The position numbers were made by a program, and so were the translations under genes. Shown here in pieces: positions 24,301-37,910 of a stretch of 64,000 nt of DNA; the first letter of the stretch is position 1; each line of letters begins with the position of its first letter. The DNA comes from Antedon mediterranea (taxonomy: Eukaryota > Animalia > Echinodermata). Under the pieces are notes generated by a model. The model saw nothing but the letters and a program-made list of their open reading frames with translations, was not told the DNA's origin and made no database searches. Where the stretch lies: contig NC_092671.1 of NCBI RefSeq assembly GCF_964355755.1, positions 5,580,001 through 5,644,000 on the forward strand. The letters are read 5' to 3'.

Positions 24301-27300
24301 TAATAAACTATACCTTATTCATAAACTCAAATTCAGTCAGGTTAATTTGGCCCTTTTACACTGACTCCATTTTTTAAAAATTTTTACAGACATAACAGCA
24401 AACCAAGATACGGAATCCAATCTAATACAGCTGAATTTATCAAACTGTTGTTTAGTAGACTCAATGTTCCAGACTTTGGTTGGTTTGATGCCAAGTGGCT
24501 TAAGTAATTTACACATTTTAAATGTTACCAACAACAATGGATTAACATCAGATCGTGTTAAAGACTTTGCTCAATTAACTTCTGGTAAAGTCGACTTTTA
24601 TTTAAATGCAGTTTTCTGTGTTCTTCCAAAGTCAGACATTTAGTTATGTTTTTGCTTTATTTTTTGCAGATGGTAGTGGTAAAAGCAATCTGCAAGAACT
24701 AATTTATGGCGTGAATGAAGCTGAAAATCTTCCATTCTCTCTGTCCATGTATCAGAACTTATCCAGTTTGGATCTTCGGAAATGTCAGATTGCCACCTCT
24801 AACCTTGTGCAAGTTGCATTCTTCATGAATAAGCCAGACGGCATCTCTTCCTTGTGTCTGGATGGACAAAAGCTTTCTGGTACTGATGTGCTTCAGGTTA
24901 TGTTATCAAATGGTTAGTTCACAAGAAATGCAAAATCCACTTATAAAGTCATGTCTTACAAAATTGTTAACTTTAAGAAAGAAAACTGTTTTAAAATGTT
25001 TTGATGCAACATGGTAATCAAGGAGTAATTGCTAAATGGTATAATTATAGTTATAGATAAACCATATAAATATAAAATAAACTCAGTTCGTATCTGTTTA
25101 TAGGCTCTGATAACAGTTTAGAATCCCTGTCACTGATTGGCTGTGCTTTGAATGATGATGACATGGAACCAATCACATCTGCTCTTAAGTCAGGTCTTGG
25201 TTTGAAGTCACTTAAACTATCAGCCAATAGGATTACAGATAACAGCATTGAAGAAATGGTGCAAGCATTTATATTACAAGAGGACTATGCCTTAGAATGC
25301 ATACATTTAGCAAACAACAAGGTATGTAGTAGTGTGGAGAATTCTGTGATGTATAAGCTGTTGTGATGTCTGCCACTAACAAGTAACTTCATTTTCCAAC
25401 AGATTTCTTGTGAAGGAGCAATTCAAATATCCAAACTTCTTCTTAGTTGCTCGGCATTACACACACTTATTCTGTCACGTAACCACATTGGTGCTAATGG
25501 CCTGAAGACTGTTATTGAAGCTGTAAGGTCTGATTCACGATTAAGACTACTGGATTTGAATGGCCAAGCGCATCCAATAGATGAAGAGGACATGGAAGAA
25601 ATCCTGACAGTACTGGCACATGCCTTAGGTATCAATCAACAGCTTATTTGAGATGGTGATTTCACCTCATTCTCTGTACTGTATCTCATTATGGCCTATG
25701 ATACAGGCGTCATATGTGACACTGTATACAGAAATTTCCTATGATACTGGAAGTATTATAGATACAGTGCAGAGAATTTACTAGGTATTTATACTGAGTG
25801 CAAAAGAACAAATTAACCAACTTTTTTACTATTTTATTAGGTTATACGGTTGAGAGAAATGAATACGGACAGGTTTCTATGTCATCAAACGGCTTAGTTA
25901 GCATCAGTAAAGATCTTACTGTTTTGCTTACTAACCTGGGCAGCATGACTGGTAATGTGGGTCAGGCGGTTGATGGATGCATTATAAAGACTGACTACAG
26001 TAAAGATCATTGGCCATACTTAGGTCTGCAAGAAGTACTGACATTAAGTACAGTCTTGAAGGGCCATTCACCAACAGGTAATATACTATTTTTTATACTG
26101 TACAGTGGCGTAACGGCTATAAGCACTCACTGGCTAAAGCCAGGGCCCCGGAGCTTATGGGGGCCCCCTGAGCAGTGCCCAGAGGCAAAACGGGTATTAA
26201 AATGTGTTGAAAAAGGCTAAGAACGCCTGAGGCCTCCAGCGTTGGAGGGCCACTTAGGGTTCCTAAACCAGGGGCCTCGGGCCTTTGCATTACCACCACT
26301 GATACTGTATTTTGAATTTTGTAGTCAATTTGGAAACGAATCCTGGTTGCTGCAGCACATACCTGGTTGCTGCAGCACATATTATATGGAATTCAAGGAT
26401 AAAGAGTTTTCAATTTTTATTGTTTGCTTTGCTTGTTCACCAAATAAAATGTTTATTTTCTACATCAAAATAAATAAAGTATTGTTTCATATCAGAATCA
26501 GTTATAAGAAAAGCTTTCCATTTCAAATTTAGTATATCAATAGAAAGTCTGACTGTAAATAACATTGATATCAATTGAGCATTTAAACATGTAAAAGATT
26601 ATTGGACTTTGAAAATGTAAATGTTTCTTGATTTGTAGGAAGGGTTCACCTAACAAAAGAAGAATGGAATCTGATTATTGGTGAAGGAAAAGACCCTTGT
26701 GTACCCTCATGGCTACAGGTATTATTTTATGTAATGCTGTACAATAAAACAACTGTCCAAATAATGATATTGATTTGTTCAAACTTTTTTTTTGTATGTT
26801 TGATTATATTTGTTCTTTCCTGACACAATGAACTTTAAACTTTATTTTAATACTTCTAAATAGTAACAACTTTTTAGACAGGTAAAAATGGCAAGATTAC
26901 TGATGACACTAATTTAACATATTTTTTAGGTTGATACCCATAGAGATAGAGCTGTGTACTTGGCGGGTCTTCCGGCAAGTGTATCAGCCAATAGGCTTGA
27001 AGGAGACCTAGACAGTGAAGCCGATTGTGTTATCAGTGAAGTCTGTATCATGAAGGTAAATAATTCATGTTGTATATTTTTTTTCCAGTGGCCAAACATG
27101 CTTCATCAATACCGAATGAAATATTTTGTTTAAACAGCATACTCACCATCTATTTAAATCAACTTCAAGTTGTGTACTTTATATAATCTGTTTATTGTTC
27201 TGAAATAATTCTAAATAATTGAGGGAAAAAATGAATATAGAGATACCATAGGGTTACATAAATTTTAGATAACAATTTTGTTTTCTACTATCAGATTTTA

Positions 27301-30300
27301 AGAATAAGTACGTTTTTGACTAGTAAGTGGCTGGATGTAAAGGTGTATACCCTTGATTTTATAGTAACTAAATATGGTAATCACTGACCTCTGCCTAATT
27401 TGAAACACGCTTTCATTATAAATAGATTTCTTCTACTGTTTTTAATAAAAAAATTGTTGTTTTTTTTTTTCTCAGGATCCTATTTTACAAAAACCAAATG
27501 GCTTATGCTGGATATTAATGTCAGACACAGACTCAGTTGAGAAAGCAGTCAGACTATATGAATCAGGCCAGGTAATAAGATAATCACACTGTTATAAAGA
27601 AACCTTTGTTACATCTTGTCTTTATTAACCTTGTTAAATACATCCATCGGCGATGATAACAACACATAAGCCTGTTTGACTTGTGTGCATCAGCTGAAGT
27701 AATAATGTCAGTCTTGTTCGTCTTCTACAAATCCATCATTTTTTTGAATTATTAAAGAGATCTTTCGTCGAGGGAATTGCACATACAAAATTATCTGATT
27801 TTTATATGATCTGTTTCATCACACACTGAGCCGACAGAAGGACAATTTTGTATTGTTTCAATTCTAATGCCAAGAAACTTTCATTCACATTTTAAACAAG
27901 TAGTATCATGGCTCTCTTGGGAGTTTTTTGATACACCTCTCAAATACGGAATAAGGCACTGTGAAGTCTTGGATTAGTATTCTGTGGGGACGCAGAAAAT
28001 TGGTGTATCATTGTTATACAGTATGTTTGTAGAGGCTTTCATGGGAATTTAAAATTTAACTTTAGTTTAATTTATTGGATCAAGATGCTAGACCTTGTCT
28101 TTTAAAATATCATATTACGTCCGTCCGTAATCTAATTTTAACAAATGTTATTGGTTTCAGTGAACTTGAACAAAAGTGTCTTTATATCCTGTCAGGTGGG
28201 GTGCAGTGAGACTACTGCCCTCTATAACAAGCGTGTAATCTTAACTTTTTAGAATCTTCCAATCTTGAGCTCAGGTGAACACAGGGGTGCATGGGATAAC
28301 TGACAAATTAATGAACTGTTTTATTACTGACGGTTTTATTGTTGTAGTTAGCTTGGATCATGGAGGTATAAATAAGCAATTCCTAAATATGGTAGAAAAC
28401 GTTTAAGTATAGTAGTTATGGCCACTTAAGGGTCATGTCCAGGCTACTACAACATACCGGTAAATGGATTTTCCACCACAAGTTGACTGAAACCTTTTTG
28501 TTTTGTTACTAATCCCTAAATATTTATTATTTTTGAGTTCTTTAATATTTAATTTTTTTTCTGTTTGTGGTAATAGTAAATGTAGTAGTAAACTCTGGCA
28601 ACTTAAAATTAGAAGTATTAACAATTATAATTATTTTTTCTTCTAGGCTCGTTTATTTAACCAGGCCTATATAATATCTAGACTGGATGTTATCATTACT
28701 GATGTGGTGTTAGAAGGGGTAGAAAATAAAGCACAGTGAGTAGATGACTAAAATTCCTTGTCCTGGTACCCACCAAGGTGCTTACCTTGCTTATACCCTC
28801 ACCTATCTACTTATCTACACCCTTCCCCAAACAATGGCATGCAACCAAGCTAAACAATGCAGGGTGGTGCTCAAATGAAATTCAACACACCCATCTCAAT
28901 ATAACATTATTCACAAAAATAAGCCGATAATTAAAATATTCAACAAAAATGTATTAACCAAATCATAGAGATATCTATAATATCTCTATGTTCACTATAA
29001 TATCTGTATGACCAAATCTAAGACAGTTAGGCAACGACAACAAAAAAACTAAAACACTAAAAATAGACCTGTAACTAAAATAAAATAAAAAATATTAACG
29101 CAAAAAGCAAAATATATTTCTACAGGTGTATAAACAATGTTAGTAAGTCTCTCGATGCTTTTAAAATACTTATTTAAATTTTACAGATGTTTAATTTGAA
29201 ATATTTAGTACAAATTGAAGGTCATTTATCAATTAGCTTCCTGAATTATATTTAGGGCTCCAGAATGATAAGTAGGCTGGTGAATTTAGTCATTATACTA
29301 CGCATAACCCTATGCATAATTCCCGACAGAGACCTGTAAGATATCAGAAAGTCTATACTTTACATTAAATGTATAATTCTCAACCTAGAGGTCTGTGGGC
29401 GGATGCATCGGTTTTGAAAAGTAGAGTACTAAAGTACAACCAATGTTATGTGATATTGGTTGTTATTGATAAGATTACAACATAATGGTGACTGGTTTAG
29501 AGTGATAAAATGATTATTAACCTCTCATTAACCTAAGAAAAAAAAATGGCAACCACATAATCTCTTAAACATCATATTAATTTTTTTTTTTTGTAACCTG
29601 ATGGTGCTATAGTAATTTAATTATAACTAAGCCAGAACAGACCCATAGTTTACAACAACAAAATAAAGTTTGGATGCTTCGTTTGATTTATGATACCAAT
29701 GGCCTACCTAAATGTTATACTGTATTTAGTCAAAACAATTATGAATGCTGTGACCCCAATTGATATCACCTCATTGGTGTAAGGTGTTCCCCAGTTCCCA
29801 ATCCAAATTCCATGTTACTTTTATAATAATGCGTTATTTTTTAGTATAGCTACAAATATTAATGATTAATGTTTACTTTTACGTGCAAGTTGTATTGCAC
29901 TATGTAATGTAATTCCAAGTATTATAAAGCAAAACAAGCCAATGGAATTTCCTTACCAATTTATGATGACTGCATAATCAATAATTTTGTAATGTGTGAT
30001 TTATTGCTGTTAGCTTCTTGCTACTTTCTTGCTATTTTGCGACACCAGCCATTAAGACTAAGAGCAAACTATTTTTGGCATTCGCATTACGAGTCAAGTC
30101 CACATACCTTGTGGGATGAAAATGTTTGCATACCTACTGTATAATACTGCATTACATTAATTACTATTGCAGTAAAACCCTATAGCAAAATGTCCCAGGG
30201 TAGACACTCTTAATAAAGGTAAAGGTATTATATTTGTCCTCAAGTGTGCAGAAGGTGTTGCCTTAATGGGTTCTATTGTAATCTATATTATTGGATACAT

Positions 30301-30598
30301 ACTTGTATATCACTCCTTTTATAATTGTTTTGTCTTCTTTGTTATGTATATGGCAGAAATTGAATTTATAAAAATTTTCATTTTATTTATTAAAAAATTA
30401 TTGATACCTTGCGTTCTATTGCTCTGTGAATATTAATTATTATTTTTTTATAGGGAAGAGATGGAGCGACGAGCGAAACAACGAGTTGCTGAGAATGAGG
30501 AGCATCGTGCTCTTCTTGAGACAAGTTTTGTGGCATCAAAAGCAAGACATGAATATGCTGCTGCTAACCCAGCCTACGCTGATGGCAGGGTATGGTAG
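21382..30598 (+). CDS. Uncharacterised protein: N-acylation motif, acidic disordered region, RI-like LRRs, C-terminal RRM-like domain; 18 coding exons, about 1235 aa
   Basis: Phase-consistent exons: 21382-22561, 22623-22655, 22705-22898, 23128-23253, 23367-23503, 23597-23738, 23870-23995, 24136-24250, 24390-24584, 24670-24912, 25104-25321, 25403-25628, 25841-26077, 26639-26718, 26930-27055, 27476-27571, 28647-28735, 30454-30598. Starts MGCGGSK; LRRs include VLDLSGNHIG, LRSLNVSNN, LEELDVSSNQLG, LKSLKLSANRITD, LHTLILSRNHIGANG; ends PAYADGRVW*. The 33 nt exon is less certain because the intron after it is only 49 nt. Confidence 0.88.
22290..22510 (+). repeat. Coding minisatellite (GSTEEVGNVTGEVGD-like units)
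   Basis: Repeated GGCAGTACTGAAGAAGTTGGT..ATGTCACTGGTGAAGTT units of 21/24/45 bp inside the large coding exon. Confidence 0.85.
26103..26301. mobile_element. hAT-superfamily MITE
   Basis: Ends CAGTGGCGTAA / TTACCACCACTG with a perfect 8 bp TSD ATACTGTA; GC-rich GGGCCCC internal motifs. Confidence 0.85.
28964..29010. repeat. CATAGAGATA..TATG inverted-repeat scar with 7 bp TSD ACCAAAT
   Basis: ACCAAAT at 28957-28963 and 29011-29017; the right arm is partly duplicated. Confidence 0.7.
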
Positions 30599-31133
30599 TG
30601 GATGAAATCACTACAACATAGGAATTAATTAATCCGCTGCTTCCATCTTTATCAATGTCAAAAGTGGGAAATTATTCAAAAAACTATGTTCCGATTTATG
30701 GCCGTGGAGTACAATATTTACAGCGCACACAACTGAGTTTGGTTTTCCGAAGAATACACGAAGTATTGAAAAGTATACAAAAAGCTGAACGTGTAATAGT
30801 ACCATTAAATATCCATTTTAATTGTTAAGTAGAACATATACTGAAATGCATGTGATACACTCAGGTAATATACTGATATACAAAAACATATGGAATCTGT
30901 AAACGTTTTTGTAAAACAGTGTGAATTTATATTGTAATTTTTAAATCCCTATTTCAAAAGCCAGATTTATATAATAACATACATGTGTGAATTAAGCGCC
31001 TTGTTTATAGACATTGCTATCTATATTTCTAAAGAGTTATTTATTATTAGACTATCTTTGTAAATATTTTTTCTCAGAAAGATATATATTATATTTTACT
31101 TTCATTTTGTGATATTTGGTGCTTCGATGTGCA

Positions 31134-31139
31134 AATAAA
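31134..31139 (+). promoter_or_regulatory. Candidate polyadenylation signal of the LRR gene
   Basis: AATAAA ~540 nt after the stop, followed by a GT-rich tract. Confidence 0.4.
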
Positions 31140-31589
31140 TACTGGTGCTGTGTCTTTGTCTCTGAACAAATTAAATAAGTTAATGCTGGGTAATTTAATT
31201 TTGCTTTGTATCATGCGACTGTTTTTTGTCCGTCTGTCATAGCTCTATTGTTTTAAATTGGCCGAATGCCCTAACTATACTAACAGCATATTGGTTGTGA
31301 ATATGTATTGAGGAAATAGACTAATTAATTGCAAATATTGTAATGCATTAATTAAAAGAGGATGCTTTTACAAATATTAATGTAATGTAGTGTCTCTATT
31401 GTAATTAAGTTTCTCGGCTCAATACATATTTAGTAAATAATACTGACGCTGTGTATGTAACTTGTTTAATATATTTTCGAAGAAAATGAAATATGGTCAA
31501 TCATTTTATTGTGATTTGTCTCGTTTCCTATTTGTTCTTTTACGTCTGTCACGAACCTAGTTTAAAGTTTAAATTGCTACCTTGCCTAT

Positions 31590-31681
31590 AGCTCTGTCTA
31601 CACTATCAAACTTATGTGACAAAAATATGCCTATATATGGACACGATGACGTCATATCACTACCATATTTGGACACAACAC
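31590..31681. mobile_element. Harbinger-like MITE, truncated copy
   Basis: AGCTCTGTCTACACTATCAAAC left TIR plus family-typical internal sequence. Confidence 0.7.
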
Positions 31682-31865
31682 AGTTTCACTTATGCTAATA
31701 ACACTGTTGACTTCTAGGCAGTAAATGAACTTATTCCTAAATTTACTTGTAGAACAACTAATTAATCAGATTAAACACCTTTATGCAAGTACAAAATAGA
31801 TACGTGACAATATTATTGACATTTGTAATATTGAGATCTCATTGACAACTAATTGCATAACGAGT

Positions 31866-31937
31866 GGTTCTATGGTGTAATGGTTAGCACTCTGGACTTT
31901 GAATCCAGCGATCCGAGTTCAAGTCTCGGTAGAACCT
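31866..31937 (+). tRNA. tRNA-Gln(TTG)
   Basis: 72 nt GGTTCTATGGTGTAATGGTTAGCACTCTGGACTTTGAATCCAGCGATCCGAGTTCAAGTCTCGGTAGAACCT; perfect cloverleaf, A and B boxes, downstream T run. Confidence 0.97.
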
Positions 31938-33011
31938 CATTTATTTTGTACGAATATTATAATAATTTTTTGGAAACTTCACTTTTACAACAGGGACACT
32001 CTTTGAAGACAAAGGTGCGTTCAACTTAAAATGAAACAAAATAAATGCCAAAAAAAACAAACAGCTGATACTCAAATGAGCTATGGACAAAATAAGTAGG
32101 CCTACTGATACTACTACAACCTATTCCATAATTGAGTCACGTGACTGATTTCTGAAGACGAGTAGGCCTCTATACTCAATGGAAGCAGATTACAATTCAT
32201 TTAATAGTATTGATCATTCTTATTGATATCCAACAGACACAATTTCAAAGAACACATCGCGTCTGACATACTGACACCCTCCGTCTCCTGTTCCATCATC
32301 TTCAAAACAACAAAAATACAAAATGACAAAATGTTCCCAAAACTTGTCTGTCAAATTGGTTCAAATTTAATCCAATATTCATCAGATTGCAAATGTAATT
32401 CTGTTGGGAAAACGAATTAGTGTATTCCAGGCCAGTGTTGAGTTTAAGTCATATTTTGGAAAGATTTCAAGTTTGTTGGTTCCTACATTTCTTATCTTTT
32501 TTTTTATCTTGTTATAGGCTCATCAAACTTATCATCTTATCCGTTTAAATTTAGTAGTTTTGTGAATAATACAACCATGGTTTATGTGCCCTGTAAATGA
32601 CAACACAAACGATAGATAGGTCCTTCTCTTCTAAGACTTTAAAATCTCGGGTAGAAGAATCCTGCCTCCGTCCACAGGCAAAGTGGCCCTAATGGTGGTT
32701 TCAAGAAATCCGCCTCTACTATACAATAAATTTTGCGCGAACTAAACGATTAAAATACCATCATAAAAGTGTAGGAATGGATATCATCAAAATGTTAACT
32801 GGGATTATGACTATTAATTCTTAAGCCCTAAACAACAAAAAACATTAATCCGCCCATTTTTTGCAAACAAAAAGGCACACAATAAGCAGAATCAAGCTAT
32901 AAAGAATACACAAAGGATTGACAACATTACGGACGCAGCGGATTTGTCAATTTGACATGTGTCAAATTGGTGTGTTAAAGATCTCCTTGACAGACTAGAC
33001 ACGTAACAGCC

Positions 33012-33083
33012 GGTTCTATGGTGTAATGGTTAGCACTCTGGACTTTGAATCCAGCGATCCGAGTTCAAGTCTCGGTAGAACCT
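33012..33083 (+). tRNA. tRNA-Gln(TTG)
   Basis: Identical to 31866-31937; T6 terminator at 33087-33092. Confidence 0.97.
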
Positions 33084-36000
33084 CACTTTTTTGCATGAAT
33101 ACAACCTCGGCCGATTGTGAAATTTTAATTATTACTAATGGATGTTGTGTAATGTAAGTTTTAATTTAAATATGTAGGCCTATCAAAAGAAAATATTATT
33201 GAATAAAGTCTCTGAAAAAAAAAATGTAATAAAAAAAAATTATTTAATAATTTTTTTATATAAAACAAAATCATGATCACCACAAGGTTTTTATTTTTAT
33301 CATTTTAGTAAGCCTATATTTAATAATATAAATATATGAATGATGATATAAAACCGTTATTTATTGTTTTTAATTAATTTCTTTTCTTACAAAATGATTC
33401 TTAAGGCCTAATATCTTTATTACAATTTCACGTTAGTATCAGTTTGTAGTTTCATTTTAGTAGTTTAGTTAGTTCACACAAGAAATGACGATGCGTATTT
33501 AAACACGAACGATAAATTATCGATGCAGTAATAAATTCTATTTATTTTAGTTTATTTTTAAACCTATAGATTTCTTTACCGAAAGTGTCAGTTGAATGAT
33601 ATCAACTCCATTGATGAACGTCATTCAATCATTTTGACTAAATAAGGTTAAATGATTCGTTCTTGCCCGAAGTTCCATAAAGATAAATAGATACATAAAT
33701 AGATAACTAGAGTCTGGCACCACGAAGGGGAGAAATTGAAAATAAAATGTATTAATAGAAATTAACATTAACCATCCAAAAAGACAGAACGGGATAATCG
33801 TTAGCATAAAATATGATCAATCCAAGAAAAAAATAAATATATTTATACAAAATTACTTAAATACACGATTAATGTTTGTTTTAAAATGTATAAAAACAAC
33901 AGAAACTAAAAGGAGAAAGGGTAAGAAAAAAGAGAAAATATTAATAATGTTATGAATTTTTTTTTTAAAGAGTATGATCAAAATAAATTATTTGAAATTC
34001 AATACTTACCTACCTTATTTAGGGCCTACGTACCTTATTAATTTATATTATTGTATAATAGTTTATGAAAGAAAGAAAATAAATGTTCACGTTGAACTTG
34101 ATAAGAGAATTTTAAAAAAAAACTAATGATTATATGAAATGATGTGTAACTAAAACCTGTTTATTCTCTGTGACGCAAAACAACGTTTAATTTGCATTTT
34201 ATTTAAAGCATATTCATGACTTTATGTATAGTTATTTAACTCGTTTAAATTGTATTGTTTTAATCGGTAATTAAATGACAGAGTGCGTAATTGAGTAAAT
34301 TCACAATCGAGATCGATTCCCAGTCGAATTATAAATGAAATCGATACGATATCTTAGGATTACCAATACATTTAACAAATTAACAACAACCTCCAAGTAC
34401 TCGCACATACGTAAAAGAAAATAGGTCATTAATATGAAATTGAGATGAAATTGATATAAAAATAATTTGTTTAAATTGACGGTATTTTTCAATTGGAGTA
34501 TGTCCTTAGTGTGACACACTTTAGCAGTAACCTGTTAATTTTAATTAAATGATCAGGAATTTTTCCAAACGACTTGCTGACGACTTACTTTTGTATATTG
34601 TAATTTGTAAAAACATGGCCTGTTTCTGCTGCATATAAAAAAATAACCGGTTAAAATCGGTGTGAATAAATTAACTCCATTTTCTTGGGAGCAGAAACGG
34701 TAAAATTGTTGGTAACGGTTAAAAGGCAGCGTAAAATAACCGGTTAAAATCACCCATTCGTCAGTCAAAATGTATTAATATGATAAAAAAAAAAACAAGA
34801 GTGTAGGCTTAAACGAAAGTAATAAAACTCTTCTTTATGTCTAAAACACATAAACCAACCAACGTTCATTTATATAATAAGGTAGTTCTAAAAATGGATA
34901 GATATTTCTATGCATTTATATCATATCGTTTTTTTTACAAAAAATTTAGCAGTTTTCAGCTCATATTTAACTTCTTTCGTGTAAAGTATATACAATGTTG
35001 ATGAAGAATCTAATGATGTTATTATAGAATTTGCATCATAAAATACTAAATAGGACATTACACTATCAAATGGGGCCTTATTATGACATCTGTTACCATA
35101 ATAATACAAACAACAGTATTTAGCTATAAATATAACTAATATAGTTAAACGACTCGTGGAAAGTGTGCATTTATAACTTGTCACCTAATCGTTGTATTAA
35201 TCCCAGGCTCGTTGATCTAAAAAATAGACGGCAAATCAGGAGAGTTCTACTCACATCTTCTGTACAATCTTATATTCTATTCAATCGCATTACGATAACC
35301 TAACGCACATAGAGATATTATAGTAAACTCTATGCCGAACGTAACAAATATAGTTCCTTAACACCAACAAAATGTATTCCTCGGGCTCATGATGACGAAT
35401 ACACAAAAGTGCTGACCTTAGACGAAGTACAAAGCAATTATTATGATTATTCTCTATATATTTTGTACCGAATGCTAATTCGGAAATAATTAGCATATTA
35501 TGTTTTTAAATAACCACCATCTCCCTAGGTCTTAATTATATAATAAGTATTTAATAAGGTTACTGACCTAAGACTCTTAACATTGTTGTTGGATCAGAAA
35601 TTAGAAAATCGATAGATTGCATTACGATCACTGGCAATTCTATCATGAATTAGAATTCAAGAATACCACAATAAACATGTATTGGGTCTATAATCTTATG
35701 TTTAGAACTATAATACGCCGGACGCATTGAAGCTATGCAAAAAATTTAAATCCAGTTCAGACATTAGGCCTAAAAACGCATACAGAATGCGTGATATCAG
35801 AGGTCTAATATTTTTGTCATAACAGGATTTGACACTTCAAATAGCAGACAATATTTTAGGTCAATTTCCTAATTATAAGTCCACTCTTGAGCAGTTGTTA
35901 GAGCTTCTGCTCTTTATGGGTATATTGATGTCGTCTGCTATGTGCATACGTCATAACTTGGCCAGAACGTGCAAATCTGTTCGCGAAACTGCCTGATCTA

Positions 36001-36499
36001 AAAATAAACCAGGGCTAATGTATTCACAGCTTCAAAATTGGTTTATCAAGATACAATATAAAATATGTTAACTTAATGGTTTTATTTCATGCTACTGTAT
36101 AATAGCCAATTAAAATTGTGGTGTTTATATTTATCTTCATTTTATTATTCAAGGCCAGTGCACCTTTAAATTGAAAACAAAATGAAATGTTGGTATATGA
36201 CGTGGCTGTCTTGAATCTTATCAAATATATTTCTGAATTGTTTTAACCAACGGGTTCTCACCCAAATCTAATCCTAACCAATTAATAAACATAGCTATAT
36301 TGATTTGATTAAGAAACTAAACAAAACCTATAGCATTGTTGATAATATTATGCAGAATTTACACAGGTCCTAATTTAATTCATAATGGATGAAGACATAA
36401 CCTACATATACATAGGTAAACATTGGATGTCTTGTCGAATCCAATATTGATTGAATAATTACTGCAGTGCGGTATTTATATGTATTGTATTATTCATGT

Positions 36500-36640
36500 A
36501 CACTGGGTGACCTCTTCGGTCAAAGAATGACCTCCCAGAGGGCCCAGTTATGATCAGTGGCTGTGATGTATTAGTACACCGGGGTAAACCCCCTACTCGT
36601 CGTATACCGGGGTAACCCCTTACTCGTCTCGAAAGATGTA
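36500..36640 (-). mobile_element. SINE fragment, possibly Deu-domain related
   Basis: GC-rich island with duplicated ACCGGGGTAA(A)CCCC(C/T)TACTCGTC followed by CGAAAG; resemblance to the Deu core is from memory only. Confidence 0.3.
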
Positions 36641-37099
36641 TCTAAAATAATTTTGGCTAATCATTGCTGAGACAGTTTTCCATTCTATAAAATTAATAGG
36701 AATCCTTTAAAATCGTGGAAATGATACATACTTTAACGTCACAAAAACTTAGAAATGACTTTATACATTTATAACTTTATTACTCATATCATGGCAGGCA
36801 ATTTATAGATAATGTATAAATAAATTAAATGACATTATCTGTATGTTTTAAAATGAGGTCCTTGCACGTTTTGATGAACCATGTAAGCTTACTGTAGAAT
36901 CACGAACATAGTGATTGTGACGTCACCGGATCTTCAATGTGTTATCTTTTACAGAGTAAAGCCTAACTATAATTCATAAATAACAGTGGAATTATTTGGA
37001 TGGGGTATTTTCAAACTTGATTGACCGCGTATAAGAATGAATGAATGTCTAAGAATGAATGAATGTCTAAGATAATGACGTCATTTCGTCAATAATTTT

Positions 37100-37282
37100 C
37101 ATATTTGAGACATTCTTTTTATTTGTATTTTTTTATTATTAGTCACTTAAAAGGATCCCAATGGAAATAAGCTAATAAGCTTTTTGAGCTATCCTGAAAA
37201 ATATTGCAATTTCAGTAATTTATGTTATCACTTGTATATATTTTTTATGATGATTTTCCTAACAAATTCAAATCAAATCAAA
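37100..37282 (+). mobile_element. LINE 3' end remnant
   Basis: AGGATCCCAATGGAAATAAGC..GCTTTTTGAGCTATCCT stem, then a (TCAAA)n tail. Confidence 0.4.
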
Positions 37283-37619
37283 CTACGTGACAATATGCAG
37301 ATAATATAATAAAACATTTTATGTAGGCCTATTAAATGAAATTATTTTTAGTCTGAAAGAAGTCTTAGCTTGTTATTGATATGATCGGGAAAAGTTCGCA
37401 AAGACATGATTGTATCATGCTATAGGGCTACTCTATTTGATTTCCCTACGCGATAGATTACTCATAATAATGTTAAAATAATAGACAAATAATGTTTGTA
37501 TAAAATGTTCCGCTCAATTAAATATTTTAAGGATCCTGCCAAGTTTACAAGTACATCGAGACTGCTAATAGTTTTATCGGGTAGACGTATATTGAATGTT
37601 TAGTTACGGCTTTCTGCGA

Positions 37620-37910
37620 AGCCTTGTCCCTATCAAACTTTATGTGACAGAAAAATGTGATGTGCCCATATATGGACACGATGATGTCATATCACTACCA
37701 TTGGGCACATCACTCTTTGTCAATTAGTTTGATAGTGTAGACAGAGCTTAGGTCAGTCAAGAAATGGTTCCATCCAACTGAATGTTACTAACAGCTTTTT
37801 AGAAGCATTTTTGGCTTACTGACCGTAATAATCACCACTATAAATAACCCAGAGGTTTTAAAATACAAAATTCAGATTCTAGATTTAATAATTGTTATAG
37901 ATATCAGTTA
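37620..37910 (+). repeat. Left arm of long inverted repeat (MITE 37620-37748 plus ~160 bp of non-MITE sequence)
   Basis: Near-identical reverse complement of 43530-43828, e.g. AAATGGTTCCATCCAACTGAATGTTACTAACAGCTTTTTAGAAGCATTTTTGGCTTACTGACCGTAATAATCACCA. Confidence 0.9.

Noticed and set aside
26117-26532. ORFs overlapping an LRR-gene intron
   Set aside because: They arise from the GC-rich hAT MITE at 26103-26301.
10307-30598. Stop-to-Gln genetic code reassignment suggested by the TTA tRNA
   Set aside because: About 2100 codons across two genes contain no in-frame TAA/TAG, and both genes terminate at TAG.
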